From: Octopus sinensis
Lineage: Eukaryota
Assembly (NCBI RefSeq): GCF_006345805.1
Contig: NW_021823966.1
Span: 1 to 20,432, forward strand
DNA length: 20,432 nucleotides
Direction of reading: 5' to 3'
Made by a program: the position numbers and the translations under genes. Positions within the stretch are counted from its first letter, which is position 1. Each line of letters starts with the position of its first letter. This document shows, piece after piece, positions 1 to 9,940 of the stretch. The notes below the pieces were generated by a model. It did not search any database. It saw nothing but the letters and a program-made list of their open reading frames with translations, and was not told the origin of the DNA.

Positions 1-896
1 GGTTGCGATGGATAAATTGCAGCCATTTTATGTTCTTTCTTAAATTTCGCGCAAGCACGTTGTGTTGTTGATATTGTCGACTACACAGTATAGTAGGCAC
101 AGTTGGGCACCGTCTGTGAGAAAACAGCACCATGACGCAATTCACGCTGCCAGAAATTGGGAAACAACATGCTGTACAGACTGGCATTCGCCTCCTAAGT
201 GCCAATACGAATGTTTTACAGTGGGTGTCGATCTGAGGACAGTCCAATCTAAGAACATATACCGAGAGAAATAAAAATCAAACATCCATTCAACATCATG
301 ATGTTTGGAGTGATCACTAGTGATGGCGACATTATGCCTCCATTCATCTTCTCACAAGGCCTCACACTCAACACGGAGGCCTACATCAAGTGCCTGGAGG
401 AAGTAATGCTGCCTTGGGTCAAGAGGGTGGCTGCTGGAAGACCCTATGTCTGGCAACGGTACTCTGCACCATGCCACACAAGCAGGAGAATCCAATCATG
501 GCTGTAAGACAAGTTTTGCAACCATATGACTCCTAAAATCTGGCCACTTAACACCCCAAACTGCAGCACCCTCGATTATTATGTGTGGAGCGCAGTTGAG
601 AGAGAGAGAGAGACCAAAAAAACTCTTTGTAACACCAAAGATGAGCTGAAGGCAAGGATTATGGCAACATTCACCAACTTAAATATATGGAGGCCGTCCA
701 AAAGTGTTGCAGGAGATTCCGAAGCTGTCTGGAGGCTGTGGTTGAAGCCACTGGCAATATTTTATTGAATAACTTTACTCGTTAGTATTTCAAGATATTT
801 TTTATTCAATATTGGTAAATATATCTGTTAAAATGAGATGTCAGTGTAATCTTTATTTTTGCGTAATTTAGACGACAATTTATTCCCCGCACCCTG
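1..896 (+). mobile_element. Internally deleted, non-autonomous DD37D (maT/Bmmar1-type) Tc1/mariner-superfamily DNA transposon
   Basis: ORFs 298-507 and 526-768 share one frame: MMFGVITSDG...YVWQR(Y)SAPCHTS...WPLNTPNCSTLDYYVW. There are 37 residues between the second-Asp position (TAC at 460, expected GAC) and the Asp at 574. The right end ...aatttattccccgcaccctg (896) is followed by TG(TA)n. The reverse complement of 871-894 matches positions 1-24 at 17/24, so the left TIR probably starts about 2 nt before the window. Confidence 0.88.
132..770 (+). pseudogene. DD37D transposase pseudogene
   Basis: ATG at 132 gives MTQFTLPEIGKQHAV... and a frameshifted GVDLRTVQ helix-turn-helix remnant. It then jumps near 250-275 to KHPFNIMMFG, so the first catalytic Asp region is missing. 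There is a stop at 505-507, a (GA)n expansion near 598-612 and a probable frameshift near 680. Confidence 0.8.
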
Positions 897-1490
897 TGTA
901 TATATATATATATATATACACAGACACACACATACACATGAGTGTGTGTATGTGTGTGCGTGCGTGTGTCACTGGCGTATATGCAGTCGGTGATCTGGCT
1001 AGCATTCCGACGGCTACGTTTCCCTGTTGCCTAAACGGCGCTACGTCTCGTTTTAACTGCAATATTTCAACCAAACTTAACGGCCGAGTTTATCATTTTC
1101 TCCAGATAGCTGCTTATTCTTGTAATAATTCACACAGCACGCTTAAACAAAGAATCACATTTCTTTTCCATGTGTTATCCATCATCATCATCATCATCAT
1201 CATCGTTATCGATATAAGTCGTTACTTGTTGTATTTCGTTTCGGTTTTGGTATCTTTTTTTTTTTCTTGTATCCGTTTCTGTTCTTTCTTTGCATTGCTC
1301 TTTTTTTTATGTTATCGCCTTTTATTTATGTTTATATATATATATATATATTTTTGGCTCCTGAACTCCGATATAATATGAAATATGCCGTGTCTTAAAC
1401 TGTTGTCTCAACATACGCCGAAACATATATATTTTTTCTTAACATTTTGCAAGATTAGTACTGTGGCCGTTTGTTGTCGCTATTTTTACA

Positions 1491-1506
1491 ATTATCATTA
1501 TTATTA

Positions 1507-1547
<41 letters not shown>

Positions 1548-1566
1548 GTTATTATTATTATTATTA
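1491..1566. repeat. (ATT)n microsatellite
   Basis: Directly visible, with a few interruptions. Confidence 0.97.
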
Positions 1567-1785
1567 GCCATAATTATAGCTATTGCTGTCTAAGACGACT
1601 TTTTTTCTGAATTTATTTGCTTTTATTTCTCTATTGGTGCTGTCTTTCATTGAATTTGTCTTTCTTCATCTTTTCTGCTTCATATTCTTTATGCCCCCTC
1701 TTTCTCTCTTTTTTCTCTCTCTTTACATTTTTTGCCTTGTTTTTTTTTTTGTTCTTGTCGATGATTTTTTTTTTTTTGTAGCACT

Positions 1786-1980
1786 AGGTCAGCCCTGTTC
1801 GAGTAAACCTAAGATGGAAGGCATTCTGTCATTCATTAATCAACACGTCTTTTTTTCTTTGTATGTAGGAGAACCCATGAGCAAAATTAGCCATCGTGTG
1901 CATCCTTTTTTAAGAGAGTAGAGTATTAACTCGGCTGCTATTTCGAGCAAACCAATGCAACATCAAGAGGTTCCTTCGTC
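1786..1980. repeat. Old, diverged interspersed repeat fragment (unclassified)
   Basis: Resembles an octopus repeat recalled from memory. The motif ggctgctatttcgagc (near 1933) has weak reverse-complement echoes near 8829 (gctaaaagtagcag) and 11735 (gctagaaataagag). Confidence 0.35.
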
Positions 1981-2454
1981 AATGCCGGAAAAAAAGTTAT
2001 CGAGACACTCTACTACCGCTCTTTTTAGTCATGACGAACGATGCTGTCATTCGAGTTTATTTTCAATGCTAGTATCGTTCAGTAAAAATGTCATACTGGT
2101 ACTCTTGGGTATTGTTAGTGATACACCAGTCTAATGTAGTTATTGTCGGAGTAAAAATATTAGTTGTTCGTCGGGTGGTTATCATAGCGGCGATGTAGTA
2201 GTTTAGAAAACAAAACCCTTTAAGAGATACATATAGTGGTTACACTTGTGTAATGTTAGCTGTCTACAAGTTTTCTGGTGTTGTGTCTGTACTAGATGTA
2301 GCAGTTTAGGTTACAGTAGTACTGAAGTATATTACTGTCGTGACTGTAATAGAGATGATAGCTGTTCTTTTGTGAAAGTGGAGGTTGTGTTGGTGTTGGA
2401 GCATCCTGTGCTGAGGTAGTAGAAGAAATATTAGTGGTATATGTTATAGTGTGT

Positions 2455-2781
2455 GAAGGCGCATGGCTCAGTGGTTACAGCGTCGAGCTTAAAATCATAA
2501 GGTAGTGAGCTTGATTCCAGGTCGGGGGTGTGTGTTGTATTCTTGAGCAAGACACTCTCTTTCACGTTGCTCCAGTTCACTCAGCGGTGGAAATGAGTTG
2601 CGACGTCACTGGTGCCAAGCTGTATGGGCATTTGCTTTTCCCTTGGATGAGAGGCAAGGCTGCTATGTATGGGCGACTGTTGGTCTTCTATGAACAACCT
2701 AGCTCGGATTTGTGCCTCGGAGGGGAACTTTCTAGGTACAATCCCACGGTCATTCATGATCGAAGGGGCATTTACCCTTTA
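2455..2781 (+). mobile_element. tRNA-derived SINE, family A
   Basis: A box TGGCTCAGTGG at 2464-2474 and degenerate B box GCTTGATTCC at 2509-2518. A CORE-like ttcttgagcaagacact follows, and the element ends in tttacccttta. The head is homologous to the minus-strand copy ending at 6827. Confidence 0.85.
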
Positions 2782-2984
2782 ACGTTTTATGTTATCGTTT
2801 AATTGTGTTTAATAGAAAGGGTGTGATCACACCTGTGTACAGTTAGTAGCGTAGCAGTTTAACGCTATGTTAAAATTATAGTTGGAGTAATAGTGTACTT
2901 TTCTAGTGATTGTTATGTTAGCAGTGTAGATTTTCACGTTAGTTACCTTTAAGATAAAAATGTTGTTGCATGTGGCTAATATTG

Positions 2985-3110
2985 GTTTTAAATTTTGGCA
3001 CAAGGCGTACAATTTTGGAGTGGGGTAAGCCGATTGCACCTATCTCAGTGCACATATGGTACATATTTTATCGACCCCAAGAGGGAAGAAATATAAAGGA
3101 TCTCGGCCAG
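2985..3110 (-). mobile_element. SINE family B, diverged 3' part
   Basis: The reverse complement reads ggggtcgataaaatatgtacc...ccaaaattgtacgccttgtgccaaaattt, homologous to 4570-4663. Confidence 0.75.
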
Positions 3111-3146
3111 AGCGCCAAATTTTCTTGCAGCTAGACGCTTTACTGT

Positions 3147-3200
<54 letters not shown>

Positions 3201-3201
3201 C

Positions 3202-3242
<41 letters not shown>

Positions 3243-3274
3243 TAATAATAACAACAACAATAATAAAATAATAA
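3147..3274. repeat. Compound trinucleotide microsatellite (ACT)n-(ACC)n-(AAT)n-(AAC)n
   Basis: Directly visible. It abuts the 3' tail of the minus-strand SINE starting near 3275. Confidence 0.97.
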
Positions 3275-3432
3275 TCCTTTCTACTATAGGCACAAGGCTT
3301 TACATATTTGGTGAGAGGCTAGTCGATTATATCGGCCGCAGTCCGTATCTGGTACTTATTTCATCGACCCCGAAAGGATGAAAGGCAAAGTCGACCTCGG
3401 CATGATTTGAAGTGTAAAAAACGGACGAAAGA
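3275..3432 (-). mobile_element. SINE family B, 5'-truncated or degenerate
   Basis: atcgaccccgaaaggatgaaaggcaaagtcgacctcggc is the reverse complement of the core at 4356-4394. Confidence 0.88.
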
Positions 3433-3497
3433 CCTCTAATTCTATCTAATGCTAATTCTATCCATAGGGCATGAAGTTACATACCAAGTTCACTACG

Positions 3498-3632
3498 CCG
3501 GACCCCAGTTCTTACGTGATACTTATTTCATTGACACCGAAAGCTGGAATTGAAACTCAGAACATAAACACTGATGAAATGTCGCTAAGTATTTTGACCA
3601 GCGTGCTAACGACTCTGCCAACTATCCGCTTT
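3498..3632 (-). mobile_element. SINE family B head fragment
   Basis: The reverse complement has an A-box-like tggcagagtcgtt and a B-box-like gagtttcaattcc, then a partly deleted family B core. Confidence 0.72.
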
Positions 3633-3769
3633 AAATACGCAATCAATGCTGACCGATATTAGTTTTAATATATTTTTTTCACAAATTTTGCTTAATGCTG
3701 GCTTTAAGACAAAAAGCGAAAAAGCTTGAAATTTAAACTAAAAACATTAAAGGTTAGTATGAAAATATT

Positions 3770-4071
3770 CTCTCTTTACTCTTTTTACCCTTTTACTAGT
3801 TTCAATCATTTGACTACGGCCATGCTGGAGCACCGCCTTTAGTCGAGCAAATCTACACCAGGACTTATTCTTTGTAAGCCTAGTACTTATTCTATCGGTC
3901 TCTTTTGCCGAACCGCTAGGTTACGGGGACGTAAACACACTAGCATCTGTTGTCAAGCGATACTGGGAGGGGGGACAAACACAGACACACAAACACACAC
4001 ACACACATACTACGAGCCACCTTGGGCAAGTGTCTTTGTTAGTGGATTTGGTAGGCGGAAAGAAGCCTGTC

Positions 4072-4112
<41 letters not shown>

Positions 4113-4242
4113 TACTTGCCCAAGATATATATATATATACGACAGGCTTCTTTCCGCCTACCAAATTCACTAACAAAGACACTTGCCCAGGGTAGCTCGT
4201 AGTGGAACTGAACCCGTAACCATGTGTTTGGTAAGCAAGTTA
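3770..4242 (-). mobile_element. tRNA-derived SINE family C with internal (CA)n/(TA)n tract and an internal inverted duplication
   Basis: 3770-4005 is homologous to 17900-18130 and 20215-20420. The head at 4137-4242 is homologous to 18427-18588, with B-box-like ggttcagttcc and CORE-like ctgggcaagtgtc on the minus strand. Confidence 0.9.
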
Positions 4243-4271
4243 CATATTCATATATTCATCATAAACCTAAG

Positions 4272-4670
4272 TCGGCAAGCTAACAAAATCTTTCTTACGT
4301 CGGGCAAAATGCGTATCGGTATTTCGTCTGCGTTACGTTGTGAGTTCAAATTCCGCCGAGGTCGACTTTGCCTTTCATCCTTTCGGGGTCGATAAATTAA
4401 GTACCAGTTACGCACTGGGGTCGATGTAATCGACTTAATACCTATGTCTGTCCTTGTTTGTCCCCTCTGTGTTTAGCCCCCTGTGGGTAATAAAGAAATA
4501 GGTATTTCTTCCGTCTTAACACTTTCGGCACAAATTTTGTCGAGGTCGACTTCGCCTTACATTTTTTCTGAGTTGATAAATTAAGTACCAGTCGGACACT
4601 AGGGTCAATCTAATCGACTCGCCCCTCACCCAAAATTGCCGGCCATGAGCCAAAATTTGAAACTATTATT
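4272..4670 (+). mobile_element. Nested SINE family B pair: well-preserved variant B' (4318-4500) inside an older copy
   Basis: Two homologous bodies (4318-4436 and 4501-4619) both start GGTATTTC. The first ends in ...aataaagaaata, the second in the standard ...gccaaaatttgaaac(tat)n tail. A single diverged A-box head lies at 4272-4317. Confidence 0.88.
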
Positions 4671-5149
4671 AGTGGTGCTGGTGGTAGCGACGCTGGTTGG
4701 CGATGCTGCACTAGTAATTGAGAAATGGGAAATGGGCTGAGTTGTCATCATGTAAATGTTAAATGTACTTCTAATCTTAAAGGTAGTTCTTCTTGAGCTG
4801 GATTTCCTTTTTGATGTCTTTCATATTTTATGGTTGTGTTGATAGTGGGCGTGTCCGTTCGTTGTTGAGGGTGTGGCTTGCGGTTACTAGCGACGGAGTA
4901 TGGGTGCAGTCGGAGGTGACGAATTGGTAGTACAATGAATAATTTGATATATGCGTGAAAAATTACCTGCCATCTCTCAATGACTATTCTCACGATTGTT
5001 TGGATATATGCTTCTATAGATAGACTGACATATATACATGTGTACATGCATACGAACGGACGCACACATAGACGCGAGTGCACAAACTCACACGCAAACA
5101 CACACATATATATGCATGTATAAATATATATTTATATATATATATATAA

Positions 5150-5189
<40 letters not shown>

Positions 5190-5288
5190 ATGTGTGCGTG
5201 TGTGCATGTGTGTATATATATATATATATACAAGTAGGTATATATCTGGCTAGCTAGCCATCTAGACAGATAATTAGATAGATAGATA

Positions 5289-5528
5289 AGTTTCTTTATT
5301 GGCCACACAGGGCTGCACACAGATGGGACAAGTTACAAGGTAGAGCTTTTCTTTTGGGGGATGAAAAAAACAAAAAACAAAAAACAAAAGAAACAAAAAA
5401 AGGTGGCGTAGGTGTTCGATCAAAAGGGATCGTAAAAGGGAGAAAAGAACAAAAAAAAAAAGAAAAGAGAAAAAAAAAAATGAAAAGGAACAAAAGAAAA
5501 GAAAAATGAAAAAGGAACAAAAAAGAGG
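5289..5528 (-). mobile_element. 3' end of a non-LTR retroposon (possibly Tx1/L1-like) inserted in a (GATA)n array
   Basis: The first 82 bp are identical to 11313-11394. The minus strand ends ...gccaataaagaaact|tatctatc. GATA units flank both sides. The clade assignment is inference. Confidence 0.7.

Positions 5529-5606
<78 letters not shown>
5529..5606. repeat. (AGAT)n microsatellite
   Basis: Perfect tetranucleotide array. Confidence 0.98.
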
Positions 5607-6127
5607 TTTGGTCTTACGTTTAAGACGTTTATTTGAAAATCACATAAGCCCAGATCGCATTCCAGCGCTAGGCATGATGAGAAAATGACATGTTCTATAA
5701 CTTCAGTATAACTTATGAAACAGCTTTGGCAAAAGGAATGTAGAAGCACGTTGGTTGGGTTGAAGTTATAATTCCAAAATCACACTCTAACTAATCTCAT
5801 TCTAGTTCGCTGATCCTCGGAATCATGCTATTGGGATACATCCGTCTGCAGAAAACAAAGTCACATACAAGTTGAGCCAGTAGTTCACTTGATCGATCAA
5901 CATTATTGAAACCGGTGCGGTATACACGAATATAAATGTTTGTTTGTGCATGTGACTGTATATCTGTGAAGTAATAGGTGTTTATATATTTAAAGTGTTC
6001 ATACATAATAAGAATACTCCATTAAAGTAGTAGACAGAATATGAAATACATTCAATGATGTACTTCGGTAGTTATGCTGCAATGTGATTCATGAACCGGA
6101 GCATCCAATTTTGATTTACATTATATA

Positions 6128-6173
<46 letters not shown>

Positions 6174-6180
6174 TATATAT

Positions 6181-6383
6181 ACGTTAATCCAAACAAGAAG
6201 CACAAAAAAACACAACGCGAGGACGTGGAACAAATATAGTATTATTGGACGCTCAGGAAAGAAGGAACGAAGGAGGGTCTGACGTTTTGAGCGGAGCTCT
6301 TCGTCGGAAACATAGGAGAAGGAAAGATCCAGAGAAGGGAAGACAGAGGGAAAAAATCGCCAACGGTACCTACGTGGTCACAT
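6181..6383 (-). mobile_element. Penelope-like element pseudo-LTR fragment within (TA)n
   Basis: A ~200 bp purine-rich island sharply bounded by (TA)n on both sides. It carries a minimal hammerhead-like motif on the minus strand, which is typical of Penelope-like elements. Confidence 0.6.
6277..6311 (-). ncRNA. Degenerate minimal type I hammerhead ribozyme motif
   Basis: The minus strand reads GUUU-CCGACGA-A-GAGC-UCC-GCUC-AAAAC-GUC-AGAC. Stem I is GUUU/AGAC, stem II is GAGC/GCUC, and there is a GUC triplet. The core deviates at U4>C and G12>A. Confidence 0.55.
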
Positions 6384-6417
<34 letters not shown>

Positions 6418-6599
6418 TATATACTTATATACATATATATGGATATATATATATATAAATATATATATACATACAAATATATATACATATACATATATAT
6501 ATATTTATATATACGTATATATACATATGTACATATATACATATATATGTATGTATGCATGTATGTTTATATGAATGTACGCGTCAAAAGAATCACAGT

Positions 6600-6827
6600 G
6601 TTTATCCCTATTCGTACGCCCATAAGACCGGTTTACGGGGTTCTGTAGCGAATACATTGTGGATGCCGGCCCGTCACCAGAATACCCATTGCTCTCAGCT
6701 GATTGAGCTAGAGTAACGTTTTATGAACTGTTTTCCTCAAGAACACATCATATCGCCCGCTCCAGGAATCGAAACTACAATCTTAAATCATGAGCACAAC
6801 ACTGAAATCACTAAACCACGCGCCTCC
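6600..6827 (-). mobile_element. tRNA-derived SINE related to family A, diverged
   Basis: The reverse complement reads ggaggcgcgtggtttagtga (A box)...gtttcgattcc (B box)...tgtgttcttgaggaaaacagt, aligning to 2455-2600. The 3' boundary is approximate. Confidence 0.78.
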
Positions 6828-6989
6828 ATATACACACACATATTTACACACGCGCTTATCTGTGCGTGTGAGTGCGTGTGTGGACGTGTGTGTGTGCGTA
6901 TGTGTGTGTATATACATATATATGCGTGTGTTTGTGTTTGCGTGTGTATGCCTGTGTATGTGTGTGTAGAGACCGAGAGATTTATTAAT

Positions 6990-6996
6990 TATACAA

Positions 6997-7034
<38 letters not shown>

Positions 7035-7110
7035 ATATATATACATATACTCACAGATATATATATATATACATATATACGTATATTATATATGTGTGTG
7101 TGGCATTTAT

Positions 7111-7161
<51 letters not shown>

Positions 7162-7278
7162 CAAACCTATATGTATGTATATATATATATATGTACATAT
7201 GTAATATATGTATGCATATGTATGTATATATAGATATATATATATATATATAATATATATATATATATTATATATATA
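6990..7278. repeat. Degenerate (TA)n-rich low-complexity tract
   Basis: Directly visible. Similar tracts occur at 6121-6180, 6384-6570, 7905-8205, 12220-12530, 13211-13325, 16845-17050 and 17455-17680. Confidence 0.95.
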
Positions 7279-8161
7279 GGCAAAAAAAACATGGCGACGC
7301 GAGGAAGCAAAGAGGAGGGGAAAGAGAAGGGACTGGAATGCCCAACACAGAAATAACAGAAATAAATACATGATAGATAGTAGAATAATTATATAAACAA
7401 ATAAAGATATATTGCAGATGTGCAAGAAATATGTTTTGGTATTCAAAGCAGAAATTTGCAGTGTACACACATTTTACACACACAAAAATATACTTTGAAG
7501 CACTCACACACGAAATTATATAGACATACATACATACGGGCTCACACAGACGTACTTAAACATATAGAAGCTGAAAGAAGTCTGCACTAACACACACGGA
7601 AAGGAGAAGGAAGTAAATAAGCAATCGTATTTCAGATAATGATGTAAACACATACATAGAGAACAGGGCTCAGACAAACACCACGCATACACGCACGCGT
7701 ACAAACAACACACAGACATATATATATACACACATGAATACAAGAGCACACACACGAATGTACACAGTCCGTCAAATATTGACACAAAATATTACACACA
7801 TACATATATTTACACGTGTACAGTCACTCATATGCATTCGTGTATAAATATGTGTGTGTTTTTATGTGTGACGATATATTTATATATATAAGCGGACACA
7901 AAGATTTACATATATATATAGTATATGTATGTATGTATGTAATATGTATGCACATATATATGTATGTGTGTGTCTGTGTATGTATGTATATATATATATA
8001 TATATTATATATAAATATATATATATGTATGTATATATTGTATATATACATATATATATGTATATATATATATATATATTACATATATATTATATGTTAA
8101 ATATATAATTTACATATATATATATATATATATTAATATATATATGTATAAATATATAATT

Positions 8162-8206
<45 letters not shown>

Positions 8207-8466
8207 GCATACGTCTTTACAGGTGGTGTGTTGTATGTATGTGTAGGTATGCATAGGCGTGTGTATGATTGCGTATCCATGTGTCTACGTGTGTGTGTAT
8301 ATGTGTGTGTGTGTGTTCACTTGAATTATTGCTCTCTCACACATTTTAATCTTTCTGGAAACACACCAAATGGTTTTAGCCTTTCCAAAGTAAAGGGGAA
8401 AAATAACACACATAGTCGCGCCTGCACAAACCGCGTGGTGACAGTACTACGATGATGATGCTTATA

Positions 8467-8511
8467 GCTGCTGCTGCTGCTGCTGTTTCTGCCGTTGCTG
8501 CTGTTGCTGCT
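8467..8511. repeat. Imperfect (GCT)n microsatellite
   Basis: gctgctgctgctgctgctgtttctgccgttgctgctgttgctgct. Confidence 0.85.
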
Positions 8512-9349
8512 TCGAATGGCAAAATCGACGATGGAGACGGTGATAAAGGAAAAAGGAGAATCCTAATGTCGCTGACTATGGTCATCGTGGTGTGTACCAT
8601 CATTATCATCATCAATGATGATTGTGATAATGGTAGGGTTGCTGTTAGAATTGGGTCTGGCGGTTATAGTCATTATTCTGCACAATGACCCTCTCTAAGT
8701 CTGAAATTCAAACAATTTTGATGTTTAGGAAAGAATGATATTGGCCCAAACATGTCACGATTCATTGGCACACATATCTTAACTGGATGATTAACCACCG
8801 AGGGTACTTCTACAAAGCCTTACTTTCAGCTAAAAGTAGCAGTTAACCCTCTCCTTGTCCTGTATATCACATGTCATACAGAGGTCACATTTCCCTCGCG
8901 TCCATGCATCATATACGATACACGTTCCCCGTTATGTTTTTAAACGTATCAGAGCAAGTTAGGACCCAAATAAATAAAACTATATTACCCAGAACGTGTG
9001 AAGCAAGAACAAACAAGTCTGAAAAACAAGCGTGGACTTTTATGTGACATTTATGAAAATGCTTTAGACAAGTAAATGATTATACTTGCTTGCAATTTCA
9101 ATCCAAGTTGTTGAAATAAAATAAAGACGGAAAACGATAACGAGAAGAGACCTTAATATCTGAAATAATGTTATTGGAATATGAACGATTAAAGCACGCC
9201 TGGAGCCATTCAGGAAATAGAAGCTGTTACCATATGCCGCATAATTTCATTTTATTCATCGTATTGATGATCAATGTTTTGAAAAACCCCACTTTTGAGA
9301 TTTGATTCTGTAGGTTATTCACCTTATATGTGAATAGATTCGTTAATAT

Positions 9350-9940
9350 GAGGTGGAATGCTAAGGCTGTTAGCTTGAAGAACAAGAAGCTAGAGGACGT
9401 CTATCCACCCTTGATGATCAGAATTTGAAATCAATATTCGAACAAAATTCACAAGAAAGCGTCAGAGAAACGTCTCATATGCTTGGTGTTTGTAAACAAC
9501 TGGAAGAAATGAATGTACACTTGAGACCCTTGTTTGTTAATCGATGTGGGTCAATTCTGCTCCACGACAACACTCGACCGCACTTTTCCAGGATGACACT
9601 GCAGGAACTCATAGACTTGGAATACGAAACTTTGCCACCTTCTCCATATGCTCCTGATCTTTCACCCACCGACTACCACTTTTTAAAGCATCTACACACT
9701 TTTTAAAGAAAAAAAAACCTTGCTGTTCCCAAACCGAGGACGAAGTTGATTTTGAGTACTTCGTGGAATCAAAACCTTTGAGATTTTATCGAAGAGACAT
9801 AAATGACCTTGTCCATTGATGAAAGAAATGCATAGCTGCCCAGCGACCATATCTTGAATAATTAAACCATTGTATAAGTTCAGATTTTCAAAGACTATCA
9901 GCTTATTTATGAAATCGGCCATTATTTTCCGAACAACCTA
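9350..9940 (+). mobile_element. Degenerate, internally deleted mariner (DD34D)
   Basis: ILLHDNTRPH...PYAPDLSPTDYHFLKHL has 34 residues between the Asp residues. An HTH remnant (VRETSHMLGV) is fused directly to the mid-catalytic domain. A TIR-like right end, cggccattattttccgaacaaccta, ends at 9940. The left end is not resolved. Confidence 0.88.

Noticed and set aside
896-1921. ORFs of 161, 60 and 112 aa with hydrophobic or poly-Tyr runs
   Set aside because: They are translations of (TA)n, (ATC)n, (ATT)n and T-rich tracts with no domain signal.
2455-2530. Functional tRNA gene
   Set aside because: The B box is degenerate, there is no convincing cloverleaf, and it continues into a SINE body.
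3045-3293. Poly-Leu/Val/Ile ORFs resembling membrane proteins
   Set aside because: Artefact of the compound trinucleotide repeat.
3570-3600. CTGATGA as a hammerhead core
   Set aside because: No stem II or correctly placed GAAA; it is a mutated SINE head.
6378-8455. Many YIYI/CVCV ORFs up to 176 aa
   Set aside because: Dinucleotide repeats lack stop codons; not coding.
8376-8688. Poly-Ala ORF resembling a signal peptide or transcription-factor tract
   Set aside because: Built from degenerate GCT/GAT/ATC repeats, with no splice or homology support.
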